From the NCBI GenBank assembly GCA_022837595.1, contig JALHFX010000012.1, positions 1,993 to 65,992 on the forward strand: a stretch of 64,000 bases of DNA. The letters run 5' to 3'. Origin of the DNA: Propionibacterium sp. GTDB lineage: Bacteria > Actinomycetota > Actinomycetes > Propionibacteriales > Propionibacteriaceae. The position numbers and the translations under genes are program-made. Each line of letters starts with the position of its first letter. Within the stretch, counting starts at the first letter, position 1. A model generated the notes under the pieces. That model did not search any database and was not told where the DNA came from. It worked only from the letters and a program-made list of their open reading frames with translations. This document shows, in pieces, positions 38,708-48,594 of the stretch.

Positions 38708-39492
38708 ATGGGTGAGAAGAAGATGGTCTTGAGGAAGATACGCTTCCCTCACCTCCGGCGGCTATCACCGACAGCCATTCTCGACGAGTTCTTCTTCGTC
38801 TATGCGGGGGTCGCAGCAATCTGGCTCGCCTGGCTATTACTCACCGAGAGCTTCCGCCTCAGATGGGCGGGTATGGTCTTTTTCCTGGTCTTCTGGGTCA
38901 TGCTCGCCTATTTCACGCTGCCGCGGCTGCACCGAGTCTTCACCGCGATCTACGTGCCCGACTACTTCATCGGACGTACCCGCACCAGCGATGGTCTGCT
39001 CGGCGACCCGGTCAATCTCGCGTTTCGCGGTAGCGCCGAGCAGCTCCATCGAGCGATGCAGCGGGCTGGCTGGACACTGGCCGACCCGATCACCCCGCAC
39101 TCGGTCCGTAAGATCATTACCTCGACCATCACGCGGCACAGCTACGATCGAGCACCGGTGAGCCCGCTCTTCCTGTTCGGGGAACAGCAGGAGATGGCCT
39201 ACCAACAGGAGATGGCAGGTAACCCTGCCCAACGCCACCACGTGCGGTTCTGGCCGACACCTGACGGTTGGCTCTTGCCGGGTGGCACCCGAGTCGACTG
39301 GCTGGCCGCGGGGACCTTTGATCGTGCAGTCGGGCTCTCCTTGTTCACGCTGCAAGTCACGCACAAGATCGACGCCGATATCGACGTCGAGCGTGACCAT
39401 GTCGTCGCTACGGTACTGGCGACGGTGACCTGCCGATCATCAATTTGGGCGGCCACGATGGGAGTTGCGATGGCCATGGAGGTACGCGATGA
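38708..39492 (+). pseudogene. LssY C-terminal-like domain membrane protein, frameshifted near 39415
   Basis: GDPVNLA, APVSPLFLFG..Q..AYQQE..GNPAQRHHVRFW, AAGTFDRAVG, THKIDADID.ERD. The expected tail GDGDLPIINL is in a different frame, which stops at TGA 39490-39492. Confidence 0.62.
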
Positions 39493-40127
39493 ACAAGACA
39501 CCCGCCATGCGCAGCGCCAGCGAACCTGTGACGGAGCTGTTCGAGTTGCCGGAAACGACTTCCAGCAGTAAGAAACGTCCAGTAGAACTCGCTCTCGGCA
39601 CGCTGCTCGTCGTCCTGCGGGCCATCGGCGGCATCAGCGTCGGTATCGCATTGTCTCGACAATGGCCTCGGGTCAGGGATGAGCTCAATCTCGACGCGGC
39701 CGATGCAGATCTGCTGTTCAGATTGCTCATCGCTGCTCAAGTGGGGTGGGCGGTGGCGGCATTGATCGTGATTTGGCTGACCTGGCGCGGCAGCAACCGG
39801 GCCAGGTTGCTGGTGATGATGCTGACGTCAATCAGCCTCACGATCGCCGCGGTCAGCCACTTCGTGTCTGGTGGCAAGATCACGCTACACACCACTTTGC
39901 TCACGATCTCGCTCGACATCCTGATTCTGCTGACGCTGTCAGATCGTGATGTCGCGGCCTGGACCCGAGCCCGTACGCGGGGTAGGAGCCACCGAAAGAG
40001 CCAACCCTCCAAACGCGAACGTCAACCCGCCGATCCCGCGTCTCCAGCCGAGACCGCTACAGCTCCTGCGGTGTCAACGGAGCCTAATGATTGCAAGCCG
40101 AGATCGCCAGATCCCGAAGATCGTTGA
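39489..40127 (+). CDS. Hypothetical membrane protein (about 4 TM)
   Basis: GGAGG SD before ATG 39489, which overlaps the shifted-frame stop (ATGA). Hydrophobic helices. 3' end overlaps convergent rpe. Confidence 0.65.
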   Translation: MNKTPAMRSASEPVTELFELPETTSSSKKRPVELALGTLLVVLRAIGGISVGIALSRQWPRVRDELNLDAADADLLFRLLIAAQVGWAVAALIVIWLTWRGSNRARLLVMMLTSISLTIAAVSHFVSGGKITLHTTLLTISLDILILLTLSDRDVAAWTRARTRGRSHRKSQPSKRERQPADPASPAETATAPAVSTEPNDCKPRSPDPEDR

Positions 40128-40749
40128 CCATTTGATCGGGATTCTCGGCCCGGTAGACAGCTGTGCCCGCGACGAAAACGTCGGCGCCGGCCTCGGCCGC
40201 CCGCTCGATCGTGTCGACCGAGATTCCCCCGTCGACCTGGATCCAGATCTCTTGGCCAGTTCCTTGGACGAGCTCGCGGGTGCGACGGATCTTCGGCAGC
40301 ACCGAATCGAGGAAGCTCTGACCGCCGAAACCGGGTTCGACAGTCATCAGCAGCAACATGTCGAATTCGGAGATGATATCGGCATAGGGTTCGATCGGCG
40401 TGGCCGGCTTCAGAGCCATAGATGCCCGAGTGCCGAGCTTCCGCAATTCCCGGGCGAGCCGAATCGGTGCTTTGGCTGCTTCGACGTGGAAAGTCACCGA
40501 CTCGCACCCCACTTCCGCGTACTTCGGTGCCCAGGTATCCGCGTTCTCGATCATCAGATGGACGTCGATCGGAATCTTGGTGTGCTTCTTGAGGGACTCA
40601 ACAACCGGTAACCCGACTGTCAGGTTCGGGACGAAATGGTTGTCCATCACATCAAAATGGATCATGTCGGAACTTGGGACCCGGGCAACTTCGCCAGCCA
40701 GATCTGCTAGGTCTGCATTCAGGATGCTGGGCGTGATTTTCATGCTCAC
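40084..40749 (-). CDS. rpe: Ribulose-phosphate 3-epimerase
   Basis: [47 protein letters not shown]7-GTG. Confidence 0.96.
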   Translation of the reverse strand: MSMKITPSILNADLADLAGEVARVPSSDMIHFDVMDNHFVPNLTVGLPVVESLKKHTKIPIDVHLMIENADTWAPKYAEVGCESVTFHVEAAKAPIRLARELRKLGTRASMALKPATPIEPYADIISEFDMLLLMTVEPGFGGQSFLDSVLPKIRRTRELVQGTGQEIWIQVDGGISVDTIERAAEAGADVFVAGTAVYRAENPDQMVNDLRDLAISACNH

Positions 40750-40794
40750 CCCTGTAAGTCTAGCGGAAATGCGCGTTGAAGCCTCAGGATCAGC

Positions 40795-42147
40795 TCACTC
40801 GGTACGTCTGAGCAGAGCGCAAAACATTGCGTCCGTGCCATGCAGATGCGGCCACAGCTGAATGAAGCGTTTGTCCAGACGGCTCGCTGCATGAGGGACG
40901 TCGGGTAGAAGTGCAGGTGCATCAAGCACCTGGATCCCATCTGCGCGCCGAACCACCTCAATTGTCTCTGCCCGATGCGGCGAACAGGTGACATAGGCGA
41001 TGATCCCGCCCGGCATCGTGGACGCGATGGCAGTTCCTAGCAGTGCGTGCTGGAGCTTCACCAGTTCGCCGACCTGTGACGGCTCCCTCCGCCAACGTGA
41101 TTCCGGACGTCTGCGCAAGGCTCCCAGGCCCGTGCACGGCACATCGGCCAGTGTGAGTGCCATCGAACCCGGTGCCCAGGCTGGTTCGCGACCGTCGGCA
41201 ACAATCACCTGGTATCTGCCGGGATAGGCGCGAAGCGCTCGTGCCACCAGTTCGGCCCGATGCGCCTGCGGCTCTGCGGCAATCAAGAGACCCGGGCACA
41301 GCCCACGCAGCAGCGCCGACTTGCCTCCCGGACCCGCGCAAAGATCGAGCCATGGCCCCTTCGGACGAGGATGAGCAGCTGTCGCGGCCTGAATCACCAG
41401 CTGGCTGCCTTCGTCTTGTACCCCGGCGCGGCCCTGGCGGATCGCGGGCAGTTCACCGGGATTGCCCGGGCGCTCCACACCCCACAACGACCAGCGTGCC
41501 CGTCGGGCCTTCTCAGTGAGTAGCTCGCTGCGCTTGGCGAGCCCCGGACGAACCACCAGCATGGGCACAGGTGGCTCGTTGTCTGCCTCGAGCAAAGAGA
41601 TCAACTCATCTTGATCACTGTGCAGAGCGTCGGCGAGTGCATCGACGATCCAGGACGGATGGCCGAGGCGCAGCCCCAGTTCGGCACGCGGTGTGAGCTT
41701 CTCGGATAGTTGATCGCACCACTGGTCGAAACTCTTCGCTGTCAGCTTTCGAACGATGGCGTTCACCAAACCGCTCACGCGCTCAGAAATCGCTACGCCG
41801 GCCAGGTCGACGCTCGAGGCCACTGCCGCATGTTGAGGTACCCGCATGCGAAAGAGCTGGTGACAGCCCAGCCGGAGGACATCGACCACCTCTGCTTGTA
41901 AACTCGACAGTGAACGTCCGGCCGCTGCCGCGATGATGCGGTCGTAACTGCCCTGCATACGGCATGTGCCGTGCACCAGTTCGATGATGAATCCGGCATC
42001 GCGAGCAGAAAAGCCGACGGTCATCTCGGACGTCACCAGGTTGGCGTAGGCTCCGTCGCCGTTGATCGCCCGCATCGCCTCGAATGCAACGAGCCGGGGC
42101 TCATCGATCCTGCGTCGACGCCGCTGGGAGGGGCGTCGATCAGTCAT
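40795..42147 (-). CDS. rsmB: 16S rRNA m5C methyltransferase (RsmB/NOP family)
   Basis: NusB-like N-domain, VQDEGSQ, DLCAGPGGK, DVPCTGLGALRRRPE, YVTCSPH. Confidence 0.9.
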   Translation of the reverse strand: MTDRRPSQRRRRRIDEPRLVAFEAMRAINGDGAYANLVTSEMTVGFSARDAGFIIELVHGTCRMQGSYDRIIAAAAGRSLSSLQAEVVDVLRLGCHQLFRMRVPQHAAVASSVDLAGVAISERVSGLVNAIVRKLTAKSFDQWCDQLSEKLTPRAELGLRLGHPSWIVDALADALHSDQDELISLLEADNEPPVPMLVVRPGLAKRSELLTEKARRARWSLWGVERPGNPGELPAIRQGRAGVQDEGSQLVIQAATAAHPRPKGPWLDLCAGPGGKSALLRGLCPGLLIAAEPQAHRAELVARALRAYPGRYQVIVADGREPAWAPGSMALTLADVPCTGLGALRRRPESRWRREPSQVGELVKLQHALLGTAIASTMPGGIIAYVTCSPHRAETIEVVRRADGIQVLDAPALLPDVPHAASRLDKRFIQLWPHLHGTDAMFCALLRRTE

Positions 42148-43069
42148 CGAAGCTCACCTGATCGAATCCACCATGCTGGCCGCGCGCCCAATCGGCTCCT
42201 GGCATCGGCTTGCGCCCAGCGGCCTTGACCCGGACCAACTCCAGCTCGCCATCGCCGGTACCTACCCATAGGTGTTTGCGGTCGGCAGCAAGCGATCCCG
42301 GAGCCAACGGTTCCGCATCGCGGTGACTCTTGCCCACGGCGAGTACCTGGAAGCGCTCGCCGTGCAGGGTCGTCCAGGCGGCTGGTTGTGGGCAGGCTGC
42401 CCGTACCAGCCGGTCAATCTCCTCGGATGGCCGCGACCAGTCGATGCGGACATCCTCCGGACGGATCTTCGCGGCCATCGTGATGTTGTCTGCTGGCTGC
42501 GGGGTCGGCTCAACCCCACTCACAGCATCCTGGAGTGCGGAGGCCAACACCGGTGCCCCGAGCTCTGCCAACCGGTCCAAGAGCACACCACTCGACTCCC
42601 CCGCCTCAATCGGCACTTCCAGCTTTCGGTAGATCGGGCCGGCATCCAGCTGTTTCACGATACGAAATGCGGTGACTCCGCTCATTTGGTCACCCGACCA
42701 AATGGCTCTTTGCACAGGGGCTGCGCCGCGCCAACGCGGCAGCAAAGAAAAGTGCAGGTTGATCCAGCCGCCTGGTACCGCATCCAAGAGATCCTGTGGC
42801 AACAACATGCCGAAGGCGACCACAGCGGCCACGTCCGCTCGCAAATCTTTCACTTGGGCGATGAGCTTCTGGTCGGGCGTTGTCGGCTTGAGCACGGGAA
42901 TCCCATGTTCAGCGGCTAGCTTGGCCACCGGGGAAACCGTGAGCTTCTTGCCACGCCCGGCCGGAGCATCCGGGCGTGTGAGTACCGCGACGATCTCATG
43001 GCCCTGATCTATGAGGTGGCGCAGACTGGGCAGTGCGGTTTCGGGTGTCCCGGCGAAGATGAGTCTCAC
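42140..43069 (-). CDS. fmt: Methionyl-tRNA formyltransferase
   Basis: IFAGTPE, VLTRPDAPAGRG, INLHFSLLPRWRGAAPVQ, LDAGP. TAGGCT-N7-GTG 43069. Confidence 0.96.
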   Translation of the reverse strand: MRLIFAGTPETALPSLRHLIDQGHEIVAVLTRPDAPAGRGKKLTVSPVAKLAAEHGIPVLKPTTPDQKLIAQVKDLRADVAAVVAFGMLLPQDLLDAVPGGWINLHFSLLPRWRGAAPVQRAIWSGDQMSGVTAFRIVKQLDAGPIYRKLEVPIEAGESSGVLLDRLAELGAPVLASALQDAVSGVEPTPQPADNITMAAKIRPEDVRIDWSRPSEEIDRLVRAACPQPAAWTTLHGERFQVLAVGKSHRDAEPLAPGSLAADRKHLWVGTGDGELELVRVKAAGRKPMPGADWARGQHGGFDQVSFDD

Positions 43070-43135
43070 GGGCTCAAGCCTAGCCACCTAACCTCTGCCG
43101 ACATCGGGCTGCGGCAGGAGCACTGACGCGTGCTT

Positions 43136-45115
43136 CTACAACTGCGTCGGGTCGACGCGCACTCGGATGGCCCCGGCCATCTTGCGGGCCGAACGCACCG
43201 CCATCGCAGCCTTCACCTTCGCGACCAGCTCGGCCCCGGATGCAAACGGTGCCCGCAACGACAGCTGCCAGAGCGGTTCTTCTTGACCGATCGCCGTCAG
43301 TTGCGGGGCCAGCTCAACTGGGCCAAGCAGATCCGCGCCGGAGTCGGCGCCGAGCAGGTCGATGAGCTCGGCCAATGCGGCTGCGGGGCCGGTCGCGGTG
43401 ATGAATCGGATCGCCGGTGGGTAACCGGCCTCTGCCCGGTCGGCAAGTTCGAATTCTGCATGCCGGGCTGGGTCCATGCGCACGAGGGCTTGGACCGGGC
43501 GTACCTGGGCCGGACCTACCACGCAGACGGTCCCACCCTGCGACCCCGGACGCACCAGCGCGACTGCATTGAGCCAGCGCCGTAACCCCTCTTCGGCCGC
43601 CCGGAGATCCGGACGTTCCAGCAAACGCTCGGCGTCCAAAAAGACAGCCGCCGCATAGCCATGTGCGGCCGGCGGTTCAGCTCCAGGGGTGGCCACGACA
43701 AGGGCGGGTTGTTCTCCGACTTCCTCGATCACCCGGTCGCCCGAACTTTCGCGCACCAGGATCCCCGGGAAGGCACGTCCGAGTTCCTCCGCTGTGCGCT
43801 CTGAACCGATCACCGGTGCTCGAAGCTCTCCCGATCCACAGACCTCACATCGCCAATCGGTGATGATCCGTCCGCACCACGTGCAGTCAAGCCGGCGCCC
43901 GACCGCCGAGCGCAGCAGCCGCACCGGACCATGACAGGTCGGGCAATGCACTCTGGTGCGGCATCGTTGGCAGGCCAGCGTAGGCAGATAGCCGGCCCTC
44001 GGCACCTGGATCAGCACCGGGCCCGATGTCAGCCCGGTGCGGATCGTCTCAAAGGCCAGCTTGGGCAAGCGGGTGCGGCTACCCTGCGGATCGCGTTCCA
44101 CAGCGAAATCAGAATCGGCCGTCGCACGCACTGCGGCGCTGGCCTTGCGCATCCGCGACGGGACGAGCTCGATCGGCCGGAGCCAGCCGCGCTCAGCCCA
44201 AGCTGCTATCTCGGCAGTGCGTCCGTGACCCGCGAACAGCAAAGCGGACTGCTCGCTGCCGGCGCGCAGTGCCACGACATCTCGGGCATGCGGATAGGGA
44301 GCATGGGGATCGGCATGCAGATCGTCACCGTCGTCCCACAAACAGATCAGTCCCAGATCAGCGACGGGTGCGTAGCTGGCCGGCCGGGTGCCGATGACCA
44401 CCCTCGCCTCCCCTCGGATGATCGCCAAGTAGTTTCGATATCGGGCAGCTGTGCCCAGATCCGAGTGCAGCTCGGCGATTGCGCCCAGCCCGATGACCGT
44501 GCCCAAGGCATCGCGCATCTTGACCAGATCGCGATGATCAGGCACCACGATGATGACTGAACGCCCAGCACGCAGCACCTGAATGGTGGCTTGCATGAAA
44601 CCACGGCTCCAGTCATCCAGCCCCCAACGGTCACGGGCGAACCGCGGGGTGACCTGCCAGTAGGCGCGCAGCGGCTGGCTCTTCGCCAGGCCGTCCAGGA
44701 AGGCTTCGCCATCGGGATAAGCCAGCAGTCCCCCAGTCGGCTGCTGCTCGATGATGGGTTTTGGCCAGCTCACTTGATCAGCGTTCTCGGTGGCCGCATG
44801 TCTGGGCGGCACCGCCAGCCGAACCACATCAGCGAAAGTCCCCGCATAATGGTCGGCGACCGTGCGGATCAACCGTCTTTGGGGCTCTGTCAACACGGAG
44901 GTAGCGGAGATCACCCTGGACAAGGGCGAGAGCTTGGTGGTGATCTCGCTGTGCTCGGCGACATCGATCACATAACCGTCGCGCAGCTTGCCGGCGAAAC
45001 GCACCCGCACCCGCACGCCAGGCTTGACATCTGCCGCCTGCGCCTCGGTGATCGAATAATCGAAGAGGCGGTCCAGGTGCGGTAACGGGATGTCCACTGC
45101 GACCCGGGCGATCAT
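43136..45115 (-). CDS. priA: Primosomal protein N' (actinobacterial type, helicase motifs degenerate)
   Basis: VAVDIPLPHLDRLFDY, four CxxC pairs (CQRC, CPTC, CTWC, CEVC), GSERTAEELGRAFPG. GAAAGGA SD. Confidence 0.9.
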   Translation of the reverse strand: MIARVAVDIPLPHLDRLFDYSITEAQAADVKPGVRVRVRFAGKLRDGYVIDVAEHSEITTKLSPLSRVISATSVLTEPQRRLIRTVADHYAGTFADVVRLAVPPRHAATENADQVSWPKPIIEQQPTGGLLAYPDGEAFLDGLAKSQPLRAYWQVTPRFARDRWGLDDWSRGFMQATIQVLRAGRSVIIVVPDHRDLVKMRDALGTVIGLGAIAELHSDLGTAARYRNYLAIIRGEARVVIGTRPASYAPVADLGLICLWDDGDDLHADPHAPYPHARDVVALRAGSEQSALLFAGHGRTAEIAAWAERGWLRPIELVPSRMRKASAAVRATADSDFAVERDPQGSRTRLPKLAFETIRTGLTSGPVLIQVPRAGYLPTLACQRCRTRVHCPTCHGPVRLLRSAVGRRLDCTWCGRIITDWRCEVCGSGELRAPVIGSERTAEELGRAFPGILVRESSGDRVIEEVGEQPALVVATPGAEPPAAHGYAAAVFLDAERLLERPDLRAAEEGLRRWLNAVALVRPGSQGGTVCVVGPAQVRPVQALVRMDPARHAEFELADRAEAGYPPAIRFITATGPAAALAELIDLLGADSGADLLGPVELAPQLTAIGQEEPLWQLSLRAPFASGAELVAKVKAAMAVRSARKMAGAIRVRVDPTQL

Positions 45116-45179
45116 CGACAGCGTCCTTTCCGACCGGGGTATTCGGCCGAGCTTCCATTCAGGTTATCGGCCGGATATG

Positions 45180-45215
45180 ACAAAAGCAGCCGTGCCGGAG
45201 CACGACTGCTTTTGT
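45180..45215 (-). terminator. Intrinsic terminator after metK
   Basis: Minus strand ACAAAAGCAGTCGTGC-TCCG-GCACGGCTGCTTTTGT forms a 16-bp stem with one G-U pair and ends in a U-run. Confidence 0.75.
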
Positions 45216-45235
45216 GTGAAATCTGATCGGCAGGA

Positions 45236-46429
45236 TCAGCCGCGGACCTTGGCGGCCAGTTCCTCCGCCTTGTCGGTCCGCTCCCAGGTGACATCGGGCA
45301 GGTCTCGCCCGAAATGGCCGTAACAAGAGATTTGAGAGTAGATCGGACGGCGCAAATTCAGTGCCTGGACGATTGCAGCCGGACGCAGATCGAAGACTTC
45401 GCGAACCACGTCGGCGATCTGCTCGTCGGGAACCTGGCCGGTACCGAAAGTGTCGACATATAGGCTCGTCGGGTGGGCTGCGCCGATCGCATAGCTGACC
45501 TGAGTCTCACACCGTGATGCGAGCCCGGCAGCGACGATATTCTTCGCCACCCAACGCATCGCATAACTGGCAGAACGATCCACCTTGCTGGGATCCTTAC
45601 CGCTGAACGCCCCACCACCGTGACGTGCCATACCGCCGTAGGTGTCGACGATGATCTTGCGACCGGTCAACCCCGCATCACCGGCAGGACCGCCGACCAC
45701 GAATCGCCCGGTCGGGTTGATCAGCACTCGTGGTGACGAAGCGCCGAAGCCGAAAGATGCGAGCACCGGAGCGATCACCTCGCGGCGTAGATCAGGATCG
45801 AGCTGGCCGGTCACGTGGACTCCGGCGCGATGCTGCGCCGAGACTACCACTGTGTCGACGTCGACCGGTTTGCCGGCGTCGTCATAAGAGACGGTGATCT
45901 GTGTCTTGCCGTCAGGACCCAGATAGTCGAGCGTTTTGTCACGACGTACTTGGGTGAGCCGCTCCGCCATCCGATGAGCCATCTGGATGGGCAGCGGCAT
46001 CAACTCGGGAGTCTCATCGCAGGCGAAGCCGAACATCAGACCCTGGTCACCGGCACCTTGCAGATCGAAATCATCGCGCGCTTTGCCATGCCGAGATTCC
46101 CAGGAGCCCAAGACACCCTGCGCAATATCGGGCGACTGATTGTTCAGCGTCACCATCACTCCGCAGGATGCGCCATCAATTCCCTTGGACGCCGAGTCGA
46201 ACCCGATCTTGAGCAGCCGCTCGCGGGCGAGCTCTTGGATATCGACGTAAGAATCGGTCGTCGCTTCTCCGGTGACGATGACGACACCGTTAGCAACAAG
46301 AGTTTCAACCGCGGTGTGCGACGAGGGATCGTCGGCCAACATCGCGTCGAGGACCGAATCGGAGATCGCATCGGCGACCTTGTCGGGGTGGCCTTCGGTA
46401 ACGGATTCGGAAGTAAACTGCCTGCCCAT
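45236..46429 (-). CDS. metK: S-adenosylmethionine synthetase
   Basis: [49 protein letters not shown]. Confidence 0.97.
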   Translation of the reverse strand: MGRQFTSESVTEGHPDKVADAISDSVLDAMLADDPSSHTAVETLVANGVVIVTGEATTDSYVDIQELARERLLKIGFDSASKGIDGASCGVMVTLNNQSPDIAQGVLGSWESRHGKARDDFDLQGAGDQGLMFGFACDETPELMPLPIQMAHRMAERLTQVRRDKTLDYLGPDGKTQITVSYDDAGKPVDVDTVVVSAQHRAGVHVTGQLDPDLRREVIAPVLASFGFGASSPRVLINPTGRFVVGGPAGDAGLTGRKIIVDTYGGMARHGGGAFSGKDPSKVDRSASYAMRWVAKNIVAAGLASRCETQVSYAIGAAHPTSLYVDTFGTGQVPDEQIADVVREVFDLRPAAIVQALNLRRPIYSQISCYGHFGRDLPDVTWERTDKAEELAAKVRG

Positions 46430-46434
46430 CAAGA

Positions 46435-46776
46435 TCAGGCCGGGTCGATGTCGCCGAACGGATCCGACAACGAGAAGTCGGGATCGTTCAACGCTTCCGC
46501 GCGAGCAGCAGCCTCGGCCTCTGGATCAATCTCGGTGTATTGGAGTTGGCCGGCCTGCACCTCGCGCAGCGAGATCGATAACGGCTTCTCCTGTGGGAGG
46601 GTCTCGACCAGCGGCCCAACAGACTCGAGTAGGCCTTCTCCCAGCTGAGCATAGTAGGCGTTGATCTGGCGCGCGCGCTTGGCAGCGAAGAGCACCAGTC
46701 GGTACTTGGAGTCCACCGTCTCGAGCAGGTCGTCGACAGGCGGGTTGGTGATGCCCTCAGGAATATGTGTGGTCAA
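46435..46776 (-). CDS. rpoZ: RNA polymerase omega subunit
   Basis: [43 protein letters not shown]. Confidence 0.95.
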   Translation of the reverse strand: MTTHIPEGITNPPVDDLLETVDSKYRLVLFAAKRARQINAYYAQLGEGLLESVGPLVETLPQEKPLSISLREVQAGQLQYTEIDPEAEAAARAEALNDPDFSLSDPFGDIDPA

Positions 46777-46807
46777 GGTAAGTCCTCGTAGAAGCTGACG
46801 CTAGAAA

Positions 46808-47371
46808 TCACAGACCTATCAATTCTACCAGTTGACGGACGGTATTATCCACCGTCACGTTTTCGATGACCCGGTCGAACTCGTCTGCACAAGCCATTTC
46901 CTGGCGCGCGGTCTCTAGTCGACGCGCCATCTCATCGTCAGTCTCGGTGCCTCTTCCTTGTAGCCGCCGAACCAATTCCTCCCAGCTCGGTGGTGCAATG
47001 AAGATCTGCTGAGCCTCGGGCATCGTCTTGCGTATTTGGCGAGCGCCTTGTAGGTCGATCTCAAGGATGGTCGGCACACCGGCCGCCAGCTTTTCGAGGA
47101 CGGCTTGTCGGGGCGTGCCATAACGATGAAGACCATGTACCTGTGCCCACTCGAGCAAGCCGTTGCTGGCGATAAGGTTATCGAAGGTTTTGTCGTCCAC
47201 GAAGAAGTAGTGGACGCCGTTGATCTCGCCGGGGCGTGGCGGGCGCGTCGTCACAGAAACCGAGACGTACACTTGCGGATGACTTTGTCGCAGGGCTGCT
47301 ACAACGGTGCCCTTGCCTACCGCAGTCGGTCCGCTGATGACGTACGCGCTCAACGCCCCATTCATCGACAC
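46808..47371 (-). CDS. gmk: Guanylate kinase
   Basis: SGPTAVGKGT, SVTTRPPRPGEINGVHYFF, LEIDLQGARQ. Confidence 0.95.
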   Translation of the reverse strand: MSMNGALSAYVISGPTAVGKGTVVAALRQSHPQVYVSVSVTTRPPRPGEINGVHYFFVDDKTFDNLIASNGLLEWAQVHGLHRYGTPRQAVLEKLAAGVPTILEIDLQGARQIRKTMPEAQQIFIAPPSWEELVRRLQGRGTETDDEMARRLETARQEMACADEFDRVIENVTVDNTVRQLVELIGL

Positions 47372-47683
47372 TCAGTTGAACTCTGACTTCAGGCCGGCGA
47401 CTTGATGCCGACCGAGACCGCGGATACGTCGATTCGCCGCGATATCGTACTTCTCCATGATCTCGGCAGCGCGCTTCTCACCGATCCGCGGAATAGATTT
47501 CAACAGACCTGATACTCGGATATGAGCAAGGACGTCGTCCTTGGCGCACTCATCTAGTGCTTCAGACAGCGTCTTGGAACCGTCGCGAACCGCATTCTTC
47601 AGCGCAGCTCGTGCCCTGCGGGATTCGGTAGCTGCGGCCCGTGCAGCCTGTAACTGCTCGGGTGACAGTGTTGGGATTGCCAC
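47372..47683 (-). CDS. mihF: Actinobacterial integration host factor (mIHF/sIHF)
   Basis: AIPTLSPEQ..AA..A...RRARA.LK, VSGLLKSIPRIG..RA..IM..Y.IAANRRIRGLG.HQ. Start trimmed to GTG 47683. Confidence 0.9.
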   Translation of the reverse strand: MAIPTLSPEQLQAARAAATESRRARAALKNAVRDGSKTLSEALDECAKDDVLAHIRVSGLLKSIPRIGEKRAAEIMEKYDIAANRRIRGLGRHQVAGLKSEFN

Positions 47684-47781
47684 GTGGAATTTTCTCCGTT
47701 TCATGTCGCGTGTGCCGGGGCTGGGCATCTGAGGTGCCTCAGCTTCATGCATACTCGGACAATATAGAATATTTAGTTGAG

Positions 47782-48594
47782 CTATGGACAGTCACTCAAC
47801 CGATCGATTGCCAACCGGAGCGCCTCGGGTTGTGGACCAGCCTTCATCACTTCGCGGGATGCGCTCGGCAGCAGCTGCCTTGTGGCTACGCCGAATAGTG
47901 ACTCCAGACCTTCAACCGTACCTCCCTGGGCACCAATACCAGGAACAAGGATCGACCCTGAAAAACCCTGAAGATCGAGGTTTAGTTGCAGCAACGTGCC
48001 TCCGATGACCAGTCCGATGGCGTCTTGTCCGGACCGCTGGTTGGTTTCATGCGCGGCATCGACGATCTGTTGGGCGATGGTGCGTCCTTCGTAAACCGCC
48101 TGCTGGACTTCGCTGCCCTCAGGATTGCTGGTGCGGCAGAGCACATAGATACCGCGCCCGGTCTGATGGGCAAGTTCCACTGCTGGTGCGAGCGAACCGA
48201 AGCCGAGAAAAGGACTGAGCGTGATAGCGTCCGCGCTCAGATCCGTGCGACCAGAAAGATAGGCGCTGGCGTAGGCAGTCATGGTCGAACCGATGTCACC
48301 GCGCTTGACGTCCAGAATCGACAAGGCGCCCGCCTGCTTGATGTCATGAAGGACCCTGGCCAGTACTTGAACTCCGGCAGCACCGAAGCACTCGAAGAAT
48401 GCGGCCTGCGGTTTGAAGACCGCCACCCGGTCTCCGATAGCTTCGATGAGCCCACGAGATACCCGCTCGAGGCCCTTGACGTCATAGTCGAACCCCCAAG
48501 AACCGACGAGCGTCTCGTGCGGATCAACACCGACACAAAGATTGCCGCGCTCGCGGGTGAGCTGGTCCAATCGGGCGCGGTAGCTGCTGTTCAT
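47782..48594 (-). CDS. pyrF: Orotidine-5'-phosphate decarboxylase
   Basis: LCVGVDPH, FKPQAAFFE, LDVKRGDIGST, LCRTSNP, LVPGIGAQGG. Confidence 0.94.
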   Translation of the reverse strand: MNSSYRARLDQLTRERGNLCVGVDPHETLVGSWGFDYDVKGLERVSRGLIEAIGDRVAVFKPQAAFFECFGAAGVQVLARVLHDIKQAGALSILDVKRGDIGSTMTAYASAYLSGRTDLSADAITLSPFLGFGSLAPAVELAHQTGRGIYVLCRTSNPEGSEVQQAVYEGRTIAQQIVDAAHETNQRSGQDAIGLVIGGTLLQLNLDLQGFSGSILVPGIGAQGGTVEGLESLFGVATRQLLPSASREVMKAGPQPEALRLAIDRLSDCP

